The notes under the pieces were generated by a model. The model ran no database searches. It worked only from the letters and a program-made list of their open reading frames with translations, and was not told the DNA's origin. A DNA stretch of 63,843 nucleotides, filler included, from Choristocarpus tenellus KU-1152 (lineage: Eukaryota > Protista > Phaeophyceae), in the NCBI GenBank assembly GCA_964200185.2. It is 11 parts of 11 records of this genome, joined end to end, with 100 filler letters (N's around TTAATTAATTAA, not from the genome) between each part and the next. Parts side by side here need not be neighbours in the genome. Positions count along the whole stretch, not along the records: positions 61,341 to 63,843 come from CAXNAD020027270.1; 10 more parts are not named here. One strand, 5' to 3'. Positions 63,491 through 63,843 of the stretch are shown here, piece by piece (the first letter of the stretch is position 1; the number at the start of each line of letters is the position of its first letter). The position numbers were made by a program, and so were the translations under genes.

Positions 63491-63585
63491 TATTTTATTA
63501 TTATGCCCTCTGACATTTTGCAGATGTGTCAGGGGGGGAACCCATGAAAACTGTACATATGTCGTTATTAGGCCTAAAGAAATAA
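63491..63585 (-). mobile_element. Very short 5'-truncated LINE 3' end upstream of MAPK15
   Basis: TATTTTATTATTATGCCCTCTGACATTTTGCAGATGTGTCAGGGGGGGAA, matching 43802-43849. Confidence 0.7.
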
Positions 63586-63843
63586 TATATCCTATCCTAT
63601 TGTATATAAGAACGCTTTTCTCTTAAACCATGGGATCGTGCTAAGAGAAACCTATTTTATATCGACCAAGAGTGGTCCTAAACACTTTATACTTATCCCC
63701 AAACGACGACAGAGCGACGCCCTTGCTGTATGTGCTTCCCATGTGCCTTCAAGAGTATCTATATGTAGATGTGTATTGAACATTGCCCTTGGTGAGCCCA
63801 TTTCGATGGAGCTGTGGTGGTGCAGGACCCACAACATCTACAC

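Overview
Repeat-rich eukaryotic nuclear DNA with GT-AG introns. It is probably a photosynthetic stramenopile such as a brown alga or a relative. That is an inference from TTAGGG repeats, a VTE6/DUF92-like exon and a thylakoid Tat-like signal. The window is not contiguous: about 11 contigs are joined by artificial 100-bp spacers (N44-TTAATTAATTAA-N44), so neighbourhood across spacers means nothing. Spliced host genes that could be rebuilt by hand: an LMBR1-domain protein (5' part), TMEM70-like (near complete), a histidine phosphatase/PGM-family protein with a twin-arginine signal, MAPK15/ERK7-like (5' part), the last exon of a DUF92/VTE6-like gene, and a damaged CDPK-like EF-hand 3' end. There are two tandem tRNA-Phe(GAA) copies. 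Most of the rest is transposon debris: about 20 copies of two related Tourist/Harbinger-like MITE families, RTE-like LINE relics with a conserved 3' stem-loop, Copia and Gypsy remnants (one Copia splits a MITE inside the TMEM70 intron), a TIR-bounded IS630/Tc1-like element, and probable tyrosine-recombinase relics. No CRISPR array, Fanzor/TnpB or intact novel multi-gene system is supported. The best leads are the paired MITE families, the LINE 3'-hairpin and inversion structure, the CpG-decay signature, the atypical tRNA-Phe pair and the putative lumenal phosphatase. All family assignments come from motif recognition by eye, not from database searches.
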